Of a stretch of DNA of 61,835 nt, positions 36,995 to 47,231 are shown one piece after another; the stretch's first letter is position 1; every line of letters begins with the position of its first letter. The DNA lies in assembly GCA_045046875.1 (NCBI GenBank), contig JASFYY010000009.1, positions 1 through 61,835 of the forward strand, given 5' to 3'. A model generated the notes under the pieces. It did not search any database. It had not been told where the DNA came from and saw only the letters and a program-made list of their open reading frames with translations. A program made the translations under genes and the position numbers. The DNA is from Verrucomicrobiota bacterium. GTDB lineage: Bacteria > Verrucomicrobiota > Verrucomicrobiia > Verrucomicrobiales > DEV007.

Positions 36995-38521
36995 CTACAG
37001 CTTGATCGTATCGCCTTCTTTCAGGCCACTGAGAATTTCGATCAGCTTGGAGTCGGTGCGGCCGGTTTTCACTTCTTGTTTTTTGCCGTTTTTCAAAGTC
37101 ACGAAAGATTTTTCATTCTCCTTGCGGACCGCTTTTTTAGGAACGGTGAGAGCTTTGTTATTTTTGTATATTTCAATCTGGATCTTGCAGGACATGCCCG
37201 GATACAGACCTTTGGTTTCGCTGGTGATTTCCAGCGTGCCGGGAAAACCGCCAGAGGTGAGTGGCACACGGTTCATCGAACTGAGCTGGCCTTGTAATGG
37301 AGCGTCCGGGGCAGCGGTCGCAGTGATTTTTGCTTTTAGCCCCTTTTTCAGCAGGGAAAGTTTATTCTCGGGGATGGAGGTCTGCACTTGCAGTTGCTGG
37401 CTTTGCACCACCGTCATGAAGACTTCGTGCGGCATCAGTTTGCCCCCGGGAGCCAGTTTTTTCTCCGCCAGCGTGGCGGTTGCCCATTTGCCTCGCACAT
37501 TAGCTCCATAATAAACGATGCCATCGTGAGGCGCCTTGACGGAAAATGATTGCAGATCTTTTTTCATGTTGCCCAGTTGTTCGGCGAGCTCTTTTTGATC
37601 CCGTTTCATTTTGTCTACTTCGAGCTGTTTTTTCTTGAGCGCTTGGGGCAGGGATTTGGAATATTTATCCCATGAAATTGCGGCGGATTGGACGCGCCGT
37701 TTGAGGCTTTCGTGTTCCCGGGGAATTGTTGTTGCCAAGGTGCGGGCAGTTGAGAGTTTGGAAGATTCCACTCGGAATTGCGCGCCTTCGACGCTGTTTT
37801 TGGCGCGGGTTACGATGATCTGCTCGGTTTCTTCGGTGATGTCATCGGCATCATACATTTTCTGTAACTGGTCGAGCTCTTCCCTAGCGTAGGACAAATA
37901 CTGGGTGTTTTGTTTGAGGTTTTCCCTGGCGGATTTTTCCCGCTGGGGGCGATCTGTTTTTTCAAAATAAGCCAGATCTTCCTCGGAATGTAGCATGGAG
38001 CGTTGACGGCTGTCCAAGCTGAGCGGGGTGGATTTTTTGGCTTCGATCAAGTCGAGCACGGCCAGACTGAGTGACAAGTCGGCGAGCGGGCGCGCAAGTT
38101 CGGCCTGTTTGATCGCTTTTTCCAGTTTCTCTGTTTTGAGCTGTAGGATGAGATCACCTTTTTTGACTTCTTCTCCATGAGCGGCGGCTTTGACGACAGA
38201 CATAGAGTTCCATTGTTTAGGCGCGAGTCTGATGGGAGAGGTTTTGACGGCATCAAAAATTCCGGTGAGTTCGACTTTGACCTCGAACAGGCCTTTTTTC
38301 AGTGTGTGGGTTGTGGGACTGGCCGTTTTGTTTTTAGCCTCCTTAGCGCCTGCTGGGTTCGGTGCCGTTTTTGAGGAGCTGACCTTAGACGTATCAGTGG
38401 TTTTTTTGGCTACAGCTTTGGGCTCCGTTTTTTTTGCGCCAGCAGAGTCGGCAGCGGATAAATTGAAGCCAATGCTCAAAGGTAAAGTCGAAATCAGAGC
38501 GTATATAAACAGGGTTTTCAT
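36995..38521 (-). CDS. HlyD/RND periplasmic adaptor-like protein
   Basis: Signal peptide; lipoyl half-motifs (G.EVKKGD.., KAPHDGIV) flanking a long coiled coil; C-terminal EILSGLKEGD. Confidence 0.8.
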   Translation of the reverse strand: MKTLFIYALISTLPLSIGFNLSAADSAGAKKTEPKAVAKKTTDTSKVSSSKTAPNPAGAKEAKNKTASPTTHTLKKGLFEVKVELTGIFDAVKTSPIRLAPKQWNSMSVVKAAAHGEEVKKGDLILQLKTEKLEKAIKQAELARPLADLSLSLAVLDLIEAKKSTPLSLDSRQRSMLHSEEDLAYFEKTDRPQREKSARENLKQNTQYLSYAREELDQLQKMYDADDITEETEQIIVTRAKNSVEGAQFRVESSKLSTARTLATTIPREHESLKRRVQSAAISWDKYSKSLPQALKKKQLEVDKMKRDQKELAEQLGNMKKDLQSFSVKAPHDGIVYYGANVRGKWATATLAEKKLAPGGKLMPHEVFMTVVQSQQLQVQTSIPENKLSLLKKGLKAKITATAAPDAPLQGQLSSMNRVPLTSGGFPGTLEITSETKGLYPGMSCKIQIEIYKNNKALTVPKKAVRKENEKSFVTLKNGKKQEVKTGRTDSKLIEILSGLKEGDTIKL

Positions 38522-38732
38522 ATTTTTGCAGTATAGCCTCGCCTCTATCGCGGGAAATGCAAAGCACGTAATGAATGAGTTTGAAAGGCTTCGCCAAGTG
38601 GTTTTTTTGGGCAGACAAAGGGGCGACTGAAGATGGGGGATTATTTTGCCAATAGATGAAAATATCCAGAAGGATGTGGTATTAATATGATTTGCTCTTA
38701 TTTTGTAGCCGTCACTTGTGAGGTAACGAGCG

Positions 38733-41700
38733 GTGGATTTGAGTGAAATGAATGCGAGGGAATACCATCACTGGGCAGGGGCTATGAAGCTGGGAAAGCT
38801 AGGGTGCTGCAGCTTGGTTTTGCTTGCTCAGGCAGCAGGTGGGTTGAATGCGGCAGAAACCGATGGTGGAAAAATAGAGGATGCTGCGGGGCTCGAGTTT
38901 TTCGAAAACAAGATCCGCCCGGTGCTAGTCGATAAATGTTATCGTTGTCACAGTGTCGATGCCAAAAAGCTGAAGGCCGGATTGATGCTCGATCATCGCA
39001 GCCGGATTCTGAAAGGAGGGGATTCGGGCGCTTCGGTTCAGCCGGGTAATCCTGATGAGAGTTTGTTGATAGAAACGATCATCTACGACAATGCCGATTT
39101 GCAGATGCCTCCCAAAAGCAAGCTGGATGACTCGGTGGTTGCCGATTTTAAGAAGTGGGTAGCGATGGGGGCTCCCTGGCCGGAAGTAGAGGCGCCGATG
39201 CGGTCAGCTGATTCTGCGGTGATCGAAGTGGAGGGTTTTGATATCGAAAAGCGTCGGGCGTCCCACTGGAGCTGGCAGCCGATCACATCACCGGATTTGC
39301 CTGTGGTTAAAAATGCAAGCTGGTCGAATGAAGCGATTGATCGATTCATTCTTGCCGGCTTGGAAAAAGAATCGCTACTGCCCGCGGAAGCGGCGGAACC
39401 TTCCACATGGTTACGACGAGTTTATTTCGATCTCATTGGCTTGCCGCCGACTCCTGCTGAAATAGGAGCTTTTCTAAGAGCGGGAAAAAAACATCCGAAT
39501 TCAAGCATTGCTGAACAGGCTGTGGTGGATCACCTGTTGGCGTCACAGCATTTTGGTGAGCGGTGGGCAAGGCATTGGATGGACATGGTTCGGTTTGCGG
39601 AAACGGCCGGGCATGAATTTGACAAACCTATTCCGGACGCCTGGCGTTACCGGGATTATTTGATCAGGGCCTTCAATGAGGACCTGCCGTATGATCAGTT
39701 TCTCACCGAGCACCTTGCTGGCGACCTGCTGGATAAACCGCGCCGCCATCCTGAGACTCAAACCAACGAATCGATTCTCGCGACAGGGTTCTGGTTTTTA
39801 AATGAGACGGTGCACGCTCCCACGGATGTGCTCGCTGATGAATCCGACCGCGTGGACAATCAGATTGATGTTTTCGGTAAAACTTTTCTCGGGCTGACGA
39901 TTGGCTGCGCTCGTTGCCATGATCACAAGTTTGATGCGATTTCCACCGCCGATTATTATGCGCTGTGTGGAATGATGCAAAGCTCAAGGCGGCAGGGAGC
40001 ATTTTTAGACCCTTACGGAAAAATCGCGGAAGCAGCAGAAGCCGCCCGACAATTATATCGTAAGGGGGATCAGCGGGTGACGAAGGTGTATGATCGTCAA
40101 AAAAATTCCAAAGAAGATAGTGTGCAACTGTTGGCGGAATATCTGCTGGCTGGTCAGGAAGTGATCGATCGGTCGCAGAAAGGTCACATCGTTCTTTCGG
40201 ATCGAGCAGAAGGATCGGTAGCCGCGGAGCAGATTAAACCTAAGCTTTTGAGTGCGGTTGCGGTCAGCCACAAACTGGATGAGGGCTTGCTGAAAAACTG
40301 GGTGATTCAGATTCTGCAATCAGTGGGCGAGGGTGGGGGTGAGGACGAAGGGCACCCGCTTTATATTTGGTCTAAGATGGTAGCTGGCCCCCAAAACGCA
40401 GGCGCGGCATTGCGAGTTAAGATCAATCAACAGCAGCAAGCTCGACGGGATTTTCAAAAACAAGCGGTATCGCTGATGCCGGGTGAGCGGGGTATAGGCT
40501 CTCATCAGTGGACCCGAACCGGGGAAGCTTTTGATGATCACGTGACATCCAGCATTTCATGGACGGGAGCTGTTCCCGAGCAAGGTTTGTTGTCGCCCGC
40601 CGGGATTTTTAAAAATGGCGAAGTCGGCCAGAACTTGGAAGGGGTTTTGCGCTCACCTACCTTCGAGCTGACCCATGAGCGTATCCATCTGCGACTGAAT
40701 GGCCGTAAGGTGAAGGTGCGTCTGGTCATCGATGGTTTTTATATGAATAATGTTCATCAACTGCTCTTTGCGGGAACTGTTTTGAAGCCGGAAAATATTG
40801 ATACTGGGGGGCAGTTCCAGTGGTTCACGATGAAGGGCGATTTGAACAAATACGTGGGACATCAGGTGTATTTGGAAATTTCCGATCTGGGAGATGGTTT
40901 TGTTTCGTTGGCCGAGGTGTTTATGTCCGAGGGAGATCCTCCCAAGACAGACTATTGTTTGGAGGGGCAACTGTTGAAAGAAGGCGGGCTTTCAGATTTG
41001 CCGTCACTCGCCCGTGCTTACGGAAAGCTTTGGAGTGAAAGCTTGCGTCAACTCGGGGAAGGTAATCCAGGAGCGGCGGAATTGGAATTGATCAACTTCA
41101 TCTGGAGTAATCATTTGTGGCCCGGGAATATTCAAGCGGCTGACGAACTTAAGCAGGCTTTGGGAGAGCTACAGAAACTGGATGCTAAAACGCCAAAACC
41201 GCTTTATGCAACGGTCATGCTCGAAGGCACACCGCAAAATGATCGTGTGCACATTCGCGGCAGTCACAAACGATTGGGCGAAGTGGTGGAACGTAGAAAC
41301 TTGAGCGTGTTCGACGGGACGCCCTTTTCCGCGGATTCGAGTGGCCGTTTGCAGTTGGCCGCACAGCTGACTTCACCGGACAATCCGCTGGTAAGCCGGG
41401 TGGTGGTCAATCGTCTTTGGCATCAGATTTTCGGAAGAGGGTTGGTGCCGACGGTGGATGATTTCGGTGACATGGGGCAGCGGCCTTCACACCCGGAATT
41501 ACTGGACTGGCTGGCAACGGATTTTGTCGCCAAGGGGTGGTCGGTCAAAAAAATGCTGCGAAAAATGGTGCTCAGTAAAACCTATCGTATGAGCAGTGTG
41601 GCGAATCCCGGCAATTCGCCGGAGCGACTGGCGGAGATCGATCCGCAGAACGTTTTGTTGCATCGTGCTACGATTCGCCGTCTCCAGGGGGAGGCGATTC

Positions 41701-42209
41701 GAGATGCGATGTTGGTGGTGTCAGGCACGCTGAATCAGAAAATTGGCGGCAAAAGTATCCGCGTTCATCTCACCGGTTTTATGGAGGGTCGGGGGCGGCC
41801 TAAAAAAAGCGGTCCTTTGGATGGTGGGAATCGACGCAGTCTTTACACGGAGATCAGGCGCAACTTTTTACCACCTTTCATGTTAACCTTTGATATGCCG
41901 GCCCCTTTTAATACGATGGGACGTCGCAGCGTTTCCAATGTGCCGGCCCAGGCTTTGGCGATGATGAACGATTCTTTTGTGATCGAAGAAGCAGGACGCT
42001 GGGCGGAAGGGGTGCGTCGTGACGGTGCTATGACTGAGGCGCAAAAAATCGACCGGATGTTTCTGCAGGCATTCGGGCGTCTGCCAAAGAAAAAGGAAGC
42101 GGATCAGGCGCGCGCTTTCCTCAAGCTTGAATCCGGTGATCCGGCTCGAGCCTGGAAAGATCTTTGTCATGTGCTTTTCAACAAGAAGGAATTCATCTAT
42201 TTAAATTAA
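38733..42209 (+). CDS. Planctomycete cytochrome c + DUF1549 + DUF1553 protein
   Basis: FFENKIRP.L...CYRCH, MPP, GERWARHWMD, CARCHDHKFD, VNRLW, HPELLDWLA, EAIRDA. Confidence 0.93.
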   Translation: MDLSEMNAREYHHWAGAMKLGKLGCCSLVLLAQAAGGLNAAETDGGKIEDAAGLEFFENKIRPVLVDKCYRCHSVDAKKLKAGLMLDHRSRILKGGDSGASVQPGNPDESLLIETIIYDNADLQMPPKSKLDDSVVADFKKWVAMGAPWPEVEAPMRSADSAVIEVEGFDIEKRRASHWSWQPITSPDLPVVKNASWSNEAIDRFILAGLEKESLLPAEAAEPSTWLRRVYFDLIGLPPTPAEIGAFLRAGKKHPNSSIAEQAVVDHLLASQHFGERWARHWMDMVRFAETAGHEFDKPIPDAWRYRDYLIRAFNEDLPYDQFLTEHLAGDLLDKPRRHPETQTNESILATGFWFLNETVHAPTDVLADESDRVDNQIDVFGKTFLGLTIGCARCHDHKFDAISTADYYALCGMMQSSRRQGAFLDPYGKIAEAAEAARQLYRKGDQRVTKVYDRQKNSKEDSVQLLAEYLLAGQEVIDRSQKGHIVLSDRAEGSVAAEQIKPKLLSAVAVSHKLDEGLLKNWVIQILQSVGEGGGEDEGHPLYIWSKMVAGPQNAGAALRVKINQQQQARRDFQKQAVSLMPGERGIGSHQWTRTGEAFDDHVTSSISWTGAVPEQGLLSPAGIFKNGEVGQNLEGVLRSPTFELTHERIHLRLNGRKVKVRLVIDGFYMNNVHQLLFAGTVLKPENIDTGGQFQWFTMKGDLNKYVGHQVYLEISDLGDGFVSLAEVFMSEGDPPKTDYCLEGQLLKEGGLSDLPSLARAYGKLWSESLRQLGEGNPGAAELELINFIWSNHLWPGNIQAADELKQALGELQKLDAKTPKPLYATVMLEGTPQNDRVHIRGSHKRLGEVVERRNLSVFDGTPFSADSSGRLQLAAQLTSPDNPLVSRVVVNRLWHQIFGRGLVPTVDDFGDMGQRPSHPELLDWLATDFVAKGWSVKKMLRKMVLSKTYRMSSVANPGNSPERLAEIDPQNVLLHRATIRRLQGEAIRDAMLVVSGTLNQKIGGKSIRVHLTGFMEGRGRPKKSGPLDGGNRRSLYTEIRRNFLPPFMLTFDMPAPFNTMGRRSVSNVPAQALAMMNDSFVIEEAGRWAEGVRRDGAMTEAQKIDRMFLQAFGRLPKKKEADQARAFLKLESGDPARAWKDLCHVLFNKKEFIYLN

Positions 42210-42227
42210 CCCATTCGAATAACCTTC

Positions 42228-43709
42228 ATGAATGATATGATTCATCGGCAAGCGCGCTTGCCCTACAATTACAACTATCGTCAATCGCCATTGACCCGGC
42301 GTCAGATGTTGAGTCGTTGTGCCAGTGGATTTGGCAGTGTGGCGCTGACCGCTTTGATGCAGGGAGAGGGATTGGCGGCGCCTAAAGACCTGACGGATCT
42401 TCGCGCCAATCCGCTGGCGCCCAAAGCACCTCATTTTCCAGCACGGGCAAAAAATGTGATTTTCCTCTACATGGATGGAGGTCCGTCCCAGGTCGACACC
42501 TTCGACCACAAGCCGATGCTGGAAAAATATCACGGTCAGGATCCGCGTAAAGCGATGGGACGACTGGAGCCCACTCAGTTTGATAACATCGGCAAGGTGA
42601 TGAAGTCGCCGTGGGAATTCAAACAGTATGGCGAGAGCGGTCAATGGATGAGCAGCCTGTTTCCACACTTATCCGGTGTGGCCGACGAACTCTGTATGAT
42701 TAAATCGATGGCCTCCAATTTCCCCGAGCACACTTCGGCGAATTATTTTCTGCATACGGGTTCCGGTTTGCAAGGTCGTCCGAGTATGGGGGCCTGGGTG
42801 GGCTATGGATTAGGCACGGAAAATCAGAATCTGCCGGGATTCATTGTGCTCAATGGAGGGTTGATCCCACCGGGTGGGCTCGATTGTTTTAACTCGGGCT
42901 TTTTGCCGGCGGCGTATCAGGGCTCGATTTTCAAACCAGGGGATCAGGCTGTAGCCAATATTAGTCCACAGGAAGACGAGCCGGGGAGGCAACGCCGTAA
43001 GCTCGACCTTATTCGCTCGCTTGATGAGCAGGCTTTGTCCGGCGCTGCGGGGGAGGAGCAAATTGAATCAGCGATTCTAAATTACGAAACGGCCTATCGC
43101 ATGCAATCGGCGGTTCCGGAACTGATGAGCATCGATGGTGAATCCGAGGCGACCAAAAAACTCTATGGCATTGATGCTGAATACCCTCAGACCAAGACTT
43201 TTGCACGGCAGTGTTTGATAGCGCGAAGACTAGTGGAGCGTGGGGTGCGTTTTATTGAATTGACCTGTCCTCGTGGCAATGGAGATCGATGGGATCAGCA
43301 CAAAAAACTTTTTGACGGGCATAGCAAGAATTGTAAAACCGTGGATCAGCCGATTGCCGCGCTGATTGCCGATCTAAAAAAAAGCGGGCTGTTGGATGAA
43401 ACTCTGGTCGTGTGGGGAGGCGAGTTCGGGCGCACGCCATTCGCACAGGGAGCCGACGGTCGTGATCACAATCCGACAGCGTTCACTATGTGGATGGCGG
43501 GTGGAGGAGTGAAGGGCGGGGTGTCTTACGGACGCACGGATGAGTGGGGCTACCGGGTGGTGGAGAACAAAGTCGAAGTCCACGATTTACACGCGACGAT
43601 GTTGCATCTGCTGGGTATCGAGCACACCAAAAGCACGGTGCGCTTTTCCGGTCGTGACATGCGCCTGACCGATGTGCATGGCAATGTGATGCATGAGATT
43701 ATCAGCTGA
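42228..43709 (+). CDS. DUF1501 domain protein (Tat-type leader)
   Basis: TRRQML, GGPSQVDTFD, WDQH, GEFGRTP, GRDH, RLTDVHG. Confidence 0.93.
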   Translation: MNDMIHRQARLPYNYNYRQSPLTRRQMLSRCASGFGSVALTALMQGEGLAAPKDLTDLRANPLAPKAPHFPARAKNVIFLYMDGGPSQVDTFDHKPMLEKYHGQDPRKAMGRLEPTQFDNIGKVMKSPWEFKQYGESGQWMSSLFPHLSGVADELCMIKSMASNFPEHTSANYFLHTGSGLQGRPSMGAWVGYGLGTENQNLPGFIVLNGGLIPPGGLDCFNSGFLPAAYQGSIFKPGDQAVANISPQEDEPGRQRRKLDLIRSLDEQALSGAAGEEQIESAILNYETAYRMQSAVPELMSIDGESEATKKLYGIDAEYPQTKTFARQCLIARRLVERGVRFIELTCPRGNGDRWDQHKKLFDGHSKNCKTVDQPIAALIADLKKSGLLDETLVVWGGEFGRTPFAQGADGRDHNPTAFTMWMAGGGVKGGVSYGRTDEWGYRVVENKVEVHDLHATMLHLLGIEHTKSTVRFSGRDMRLTDVHGNVMHEIIS

Positions 43710-43745
43710 AAAAAAATCGCCCGGCCTTTGCAGGTCGGGCGATTT
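43709..43745 (-). terminator. Rho-independent terminator with U8 on the minus strand
   Basis: AAATCGCCCG.CC / GGTCGGGCGATTT stem; A8 at 43709-43716 on plus equals U8 on minus. Confidence 0.8.
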
Positions 43746-43786
43746 GTAACATGAAACACAAACAAACAGTTACTGAGTAAGTAACT
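43709..43786 (-). ncRNA. Candidate small RNA (~78 nt)
   Basis: Minus-strand TTGACA (43821-43816)-17 bp-TTTATT, 5' hairpin AGTTACT/AGTAACT, U-rich linker, terminator with U8; no ORF. Confidence 0.5.
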
Positions 43787-43944
43787 ATACTTAATAAATC
43801 TAAATATTCAAAAAATGTCAATGGTATTTTGAGAAATATGATTTTTCGTCATAATACGGAGCAGGAAAGAGGGGGTGGATTCAAAAAAAACCTTCGTTTT
43901 GCGGTGATTGGTGTTAAGGATGAATACTGATCAATCATCTATTT

Positions 43945-44661
43945 ATGAAGACTAAAAAGAACCCATCGAAGCCAGTTTGGATATCACTGAGAGCTTGTAT
44001 TTGTCGTGTGGCGCTTGTGGCGACAGCGGCGCTGTTTGCTGTCAGCTGTGCGACAACAGAGCTGGGTGAATACGATGCCCCGGCATACCGTCCGATGAAT
44101 CAGAAAAATGTGCGGGTCAAAGTCAGTCTGCAAAATCGTATGGTTTACGTGATGGAGGGAAACCGGATGCTGTTGGCGACACCGACGGCGATCGGTAAAC
44201 CTGGGCATGAGACTCCGCTTGGGAATTTTAATGCGTTTAACCGCATTGAGAAAAAACGTTCCAATACCTACGGCTATTTTGTGAAGGGGAATCAGATCGT
44301 TCCTGGTAAAAGTTCCAATACTCCCAGGGGGCACCGCTACGTGGGATTTCCGATGCCTTACTGGGTGGAGTTCAAGTCGGGTTATGGTTTTCATGCCGGC
44401 TCGGTCTGGCCCGTGCCTCGTTCGCACGGTTGTTTGAGGCTGCATCCGAACGTGGCACCTAAGTTTTTTGCTTTGGTTCCTGCCGGGACACCTATCAACA
44501 TTGCGCAAACTCAGCCGGAAGACCAGACTCTGGGGCGGAATGTGAGACGTCCCACCGATTATGCTGATCCTGATCCGCCAAAACCGGTGATGATTTCCGC
44601 AGGAGCGTTTCCAGCTCCGAAAGGACCTATTTTTGCCGGTGGCGCAACGGCGAGACGGTAA
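43945..44661 (+). CDS. L,D-transpeptidase family lipoprotein (YkuD)
   Basis: Lipobox-like AVSC, TPLGNF, MPYW, GFH, SHGCLRL. Confidence 0.85.
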   Translation: MKTKKNPSKPVWISLRACICRVALVATAALFAVSCATTELGEYDAPAYRPMNQKNVRVKVSLQNRMVYVMEGNRMLLATPTAIGKPGHETPLGNFNAFNRIEKKRSNTYGYFVKGNQIVPGKSSNTPRGHRYVGFPMPYWVEFKSGYGFHAGSVWPVPRSHGCLRLHPNVAPKFFALVPAGTPINIAQTQPEDQTLGRNVRRPTDYADPDPPKPVMISAGAFPAPKGPIFAGGATARR

Positions 44662-44707
44662 TGGCTTGGGTAGAATGGGCTGATCAGGCAATTTCCAAAT
44701 TTAATTT

Positions 44708-45964
44708 GTGAAAGATACGGATACAAAAACAGCGGCGCCGAAGCGAGGTCAGCGAGTCAACGTGCGCACGCCGGATGTGATGCAGCGGGTGCAGGCCGAG
44801 GTGGCGGAGCATTACCGCAGTGAAGTGGTCGATAAGTTGCGCGCCCGCAATGAAGGGCTGACGATCGGTAATACGACGGTGCGCCTGACCAAGCAATTTG
44901 GATTTTGTTACGGGGTCGAACGAGCGATAGATCTGGCTTACGCGACGCGCAACGTTTTTGCCGATAACGATGTCTATCTGATCGGAGAAATTATTCACAA
45001 TCAGGAAGTGAATCGTCAATTGGCTGAGATGGGGGTTTGCCCCTTGCCGGGTGATAGTGCGGTGGATGAAATCGACAAACTGGGGCCTGATGATGTGGTG
45101 ATCGTGCCAGCTTTTGGTGCGGATACTCCGACGATGGAGAAGATCAAAGAGCGTGGTTGTCATGTGATCGATACCACCTGTGGAGATGTGATGAGCGTAT
45201 GGAAGCGGGTGCGCAAATACGCCAAGGACGGGCGCACGTCGATCATTCATGGCAAGTCTACTCATGAAGAGACTCGGGCGACGGCTTCCCGCGCCGAGGG
45301 TAAGGACGGTAAGGGGAATTATCTGGTGGTGCTGACTTTGGATGAGTGTGATTATGTCTGTGACTACATTCGTCAGGGCAAGGGGGATAAAGAGGATTTT
45401 TTGCAACGTTTCAGTGGAGGTCATTCGAGCGGATTTGATCCCGATTTGCATTTATCCCGCATCGGGGTGGCTAACCAGACAACGATGCTGAAATCGGAGA
45501 CCGAGGAAATGCAGCGTCGTTTGGCTACAGCGATTTGCGAGCGGGATGAAAGTGCTGAGGGTAGTCCCAATGATAATTTTCAGGTATTCGATACGATTTG
45601 TGGAGCGACCCAGGAGCGCCAGGACGCCTTGTTCGAGATGTTGAAGAATCAGCTCGATTTGTTATTGGTGGTGGGAGGATACAACAGTTCCAATACGGCG
45701 CATTTGGTGGAGATCGGGGAAAAAGAACTGCCGACTTTTTTTATTCGTGAAGCAGGCTGTTTGAAGTCATTGGAGCAGGTATTGCATTTTGATTTGCATC
45801 AAAAGGAAGAAGTGACGACCTACTCGAAAATTTTATTGGGCGATGATCCGGTTGTGGTGGGAATCACGGCGGGGGCGTCTTGTCCGAATAATCTGATCGA
45901 AGATACTATCCTCAAAGTATTTAAGCTGAGGGGCATTGATGGGGATGAGGTGAGAAATCACTAA
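44708..45964 (+). CDS. ispH: 4-hydroxy-3-methylbut-2-enyl diphosphate reductase
   Basis: GFCYGVERA, DTTC, HEET, NQTT, DTICGATQERQ, SSNT, TAGAS. Confidence 0.95.
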   Translation: MKDTDTKTAAPKRGQRVNVRTPDVMQRVQAEVAEHYRSEVVDKLRARNEGLTIGNTTVRLTKQFGFCYGVERAIDLAYATRNVFADNDVYLIGEIIHNQEVNRQLAEMGVCPLPGDSAVDEIDKLGPDDVVIVPAFGADTPTMEKIKERGCHVIDTTCGDVMSVWKRVRKYAKDGRTSIIHGKSTHEETRATASRAEGKDGKGNYLVVLTLDECDYVCDYIRQGKGDKEDFLQRFSGGHSSGFDPDLHLSRIGVANQTTMLKSETEEMQRRLATAICERDESAEGSPNDNFQVFDTICGATQERQDALFEMLKNQLDLLLVVGGYNSSNTAHLVEIGEKELPTFFIREAGCLKSLEQVLHFDLHQKEEVTTYSKILLGDDPVVVGITAGASCPNNLIEDTILKVFKLRGIDGDEVRNH

Positions 45965-46012
45965 TTCACACCAATAAACACGAATAAGGTTGGGGGCTTG
46001 ATAGGTGCGGAA

Positions 46013-47095
46013 TTACTTGTTCAAGTCATTGTTGAAATCGGCTAATTGCCGGGCAACTGCGGTGTAGCTGATTTGGTCAGCGGCGTGGGCCTGTGAGGTC
46101 TCCACGGCTTTTTTGTATTCATCAGGATTTGCCAACACTTTACTGATTTTTTCCAAGGCTTGGGATAGGGATATCCGGCTGTCATCACATAAATCGGGGT
46201 AGGCGAGTTCCTCAATGGCGGAGTTCCCGCCGGAGCATAGGGTGCGGCAAAGCAGGGCGTCACCGGCGACCTGGCCGGGGATCGATCCGCGGTCGAGTTG
46301 GAATACCAGGCGGTGGGAAGCCATCAAGCGCAGGTAGGCATCGTAAGCGAGTGGACGGTCGATGACTCGCAAGCGGGATTCGGGGAAGGATTCTTCCAGT
46401 TGGCGGAGGATCTTCCGGCCGGCACTTTTGTCGCCATTGATGACGGTGACTTTTTCTCCGGTTTGTGCGCACAGGCGAGCGGCCTCTGCCAAGGTTCGCA
46501 GATGGTTGCGCACGGGTTCAAAAAACTCGCGGGTGCCTATCATCACTCCCTGACGGTCTTCTGCCGGGATTGAAAAGTCCCACTGTGGAAATTCTACAGG
46601 ATAGGGGGTAGCAATGAATCGAGTTTTGCGGGCAAAATTTTCAGCACTGATCCAGCCCCAACGTGGAGGTAGGATTGAGCAGGGGGAGAGCACGCCATCG
46701 GCGAGATCGAGGATTTCCTGATAGTGGGATAAGATCTTGGAAGAGTGCAGTTGGGCGGTGACCTGGTAGGGGCCGGCTTCTTTCCATGAGACCCACACTT
46801 TACGGCCTTTGTTTTTCAGTGCCTTCACCGCTTTGAGGCTGATGCCTACCCGGTGCCGAATCATAATCAGAACCACGTTAAAACGATCATCTTGCAGCAC
46901 TTCGTTTACCGAGTTGAAAAATTTGCCGCGAGTGGCTGCCGCGTAGGCGTGGAAATTGATGGGGGGGTGTTGCCCAGGCTGATATTCTCCCGGACCGTCA
47001 GCGTAATCGACTGCTGCATCCCGGCCTCCCGGGTTGAGCACAGCTAGACGGAACTTTTTGCAGTCAGTAGCAAGGATGGAGGATTCCGTGTTCAT
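46013..47095 (-). CDS. Hypothetical protein, possibly GT-B glycosyltransferase-like
   Basis: 360-aa ORF from MNTESS; C-terminal half (YDAYLRLMA..., GQVAGDALLC) loosely resembles GT-B nucleotide-binding domains. Confidence 0.6.
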   Translation of the reverse strand: MNTESSILATDCKKFRLAVLNPGGRDAAVDYADGPGEYQPGQHPPINFHAYAAATRGKFFNSVNEVLQDDRFNVVLIMIRHRVGISLKAVKALKNKGRKVWVSWKEAGPYQVTAQLHSSKILSHYQEILDLADGVLSPCSILPPRWGWISAENFARKTRFIATPYPVEFPQWDFSIPAEDRQGVMIGTREFFEPVRNHLRTLAEAARLCAQTGEKVTVINGDKSAGRKILRQLEESFPESRLRVIDRPLAYDAYLRLMASHRLVFQLDRGSIPGQVAGDALLCRTLCSGGNSAIEELAYPDLCDDSRISLSQALEKISKVLANPDEYKKAVETSQAHAADQISYTAVARQLADFNNDLNK

Positions 47096-47127
47096 GCTGG
47101 TGATGGTGGGAGGTTTTTGATCTGGCG

Positions 47128-47231
47128 TGCCGAGCCGTAGCTTCAGTCGTTCGGGCTCTAACATCGCCCGCTTTCGCCCTTCGGGCTACGGCGCGGCAAG
47201 CTTCTTTCGAATTGCCATTCGAAGCGAAGGC
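47128..47231. repeat. Palindromic element abutting the tRNA-Val 3' end
   Basis: 14-bp IR with 1 mismatch (47128-47141 / 47185-47198) around a GCCCTTCGGGC hairpin, plus a TTCGAA..TTCGAA hairpin. Confidence 0.6.

Noticed and set aside
43745..43773. Third TGTAACA copy as an ECF promoter
   Set aside because: Spacing is 17 nt and the second box is GTTAC, not N15-GTTAT.
43751..43780. Plus-strand mini-ORF MKHKQTVTE
   Set aside because: No SD or promoter and it lies right after a terminator hairpin; the minus-strand sRNA explains the region better.
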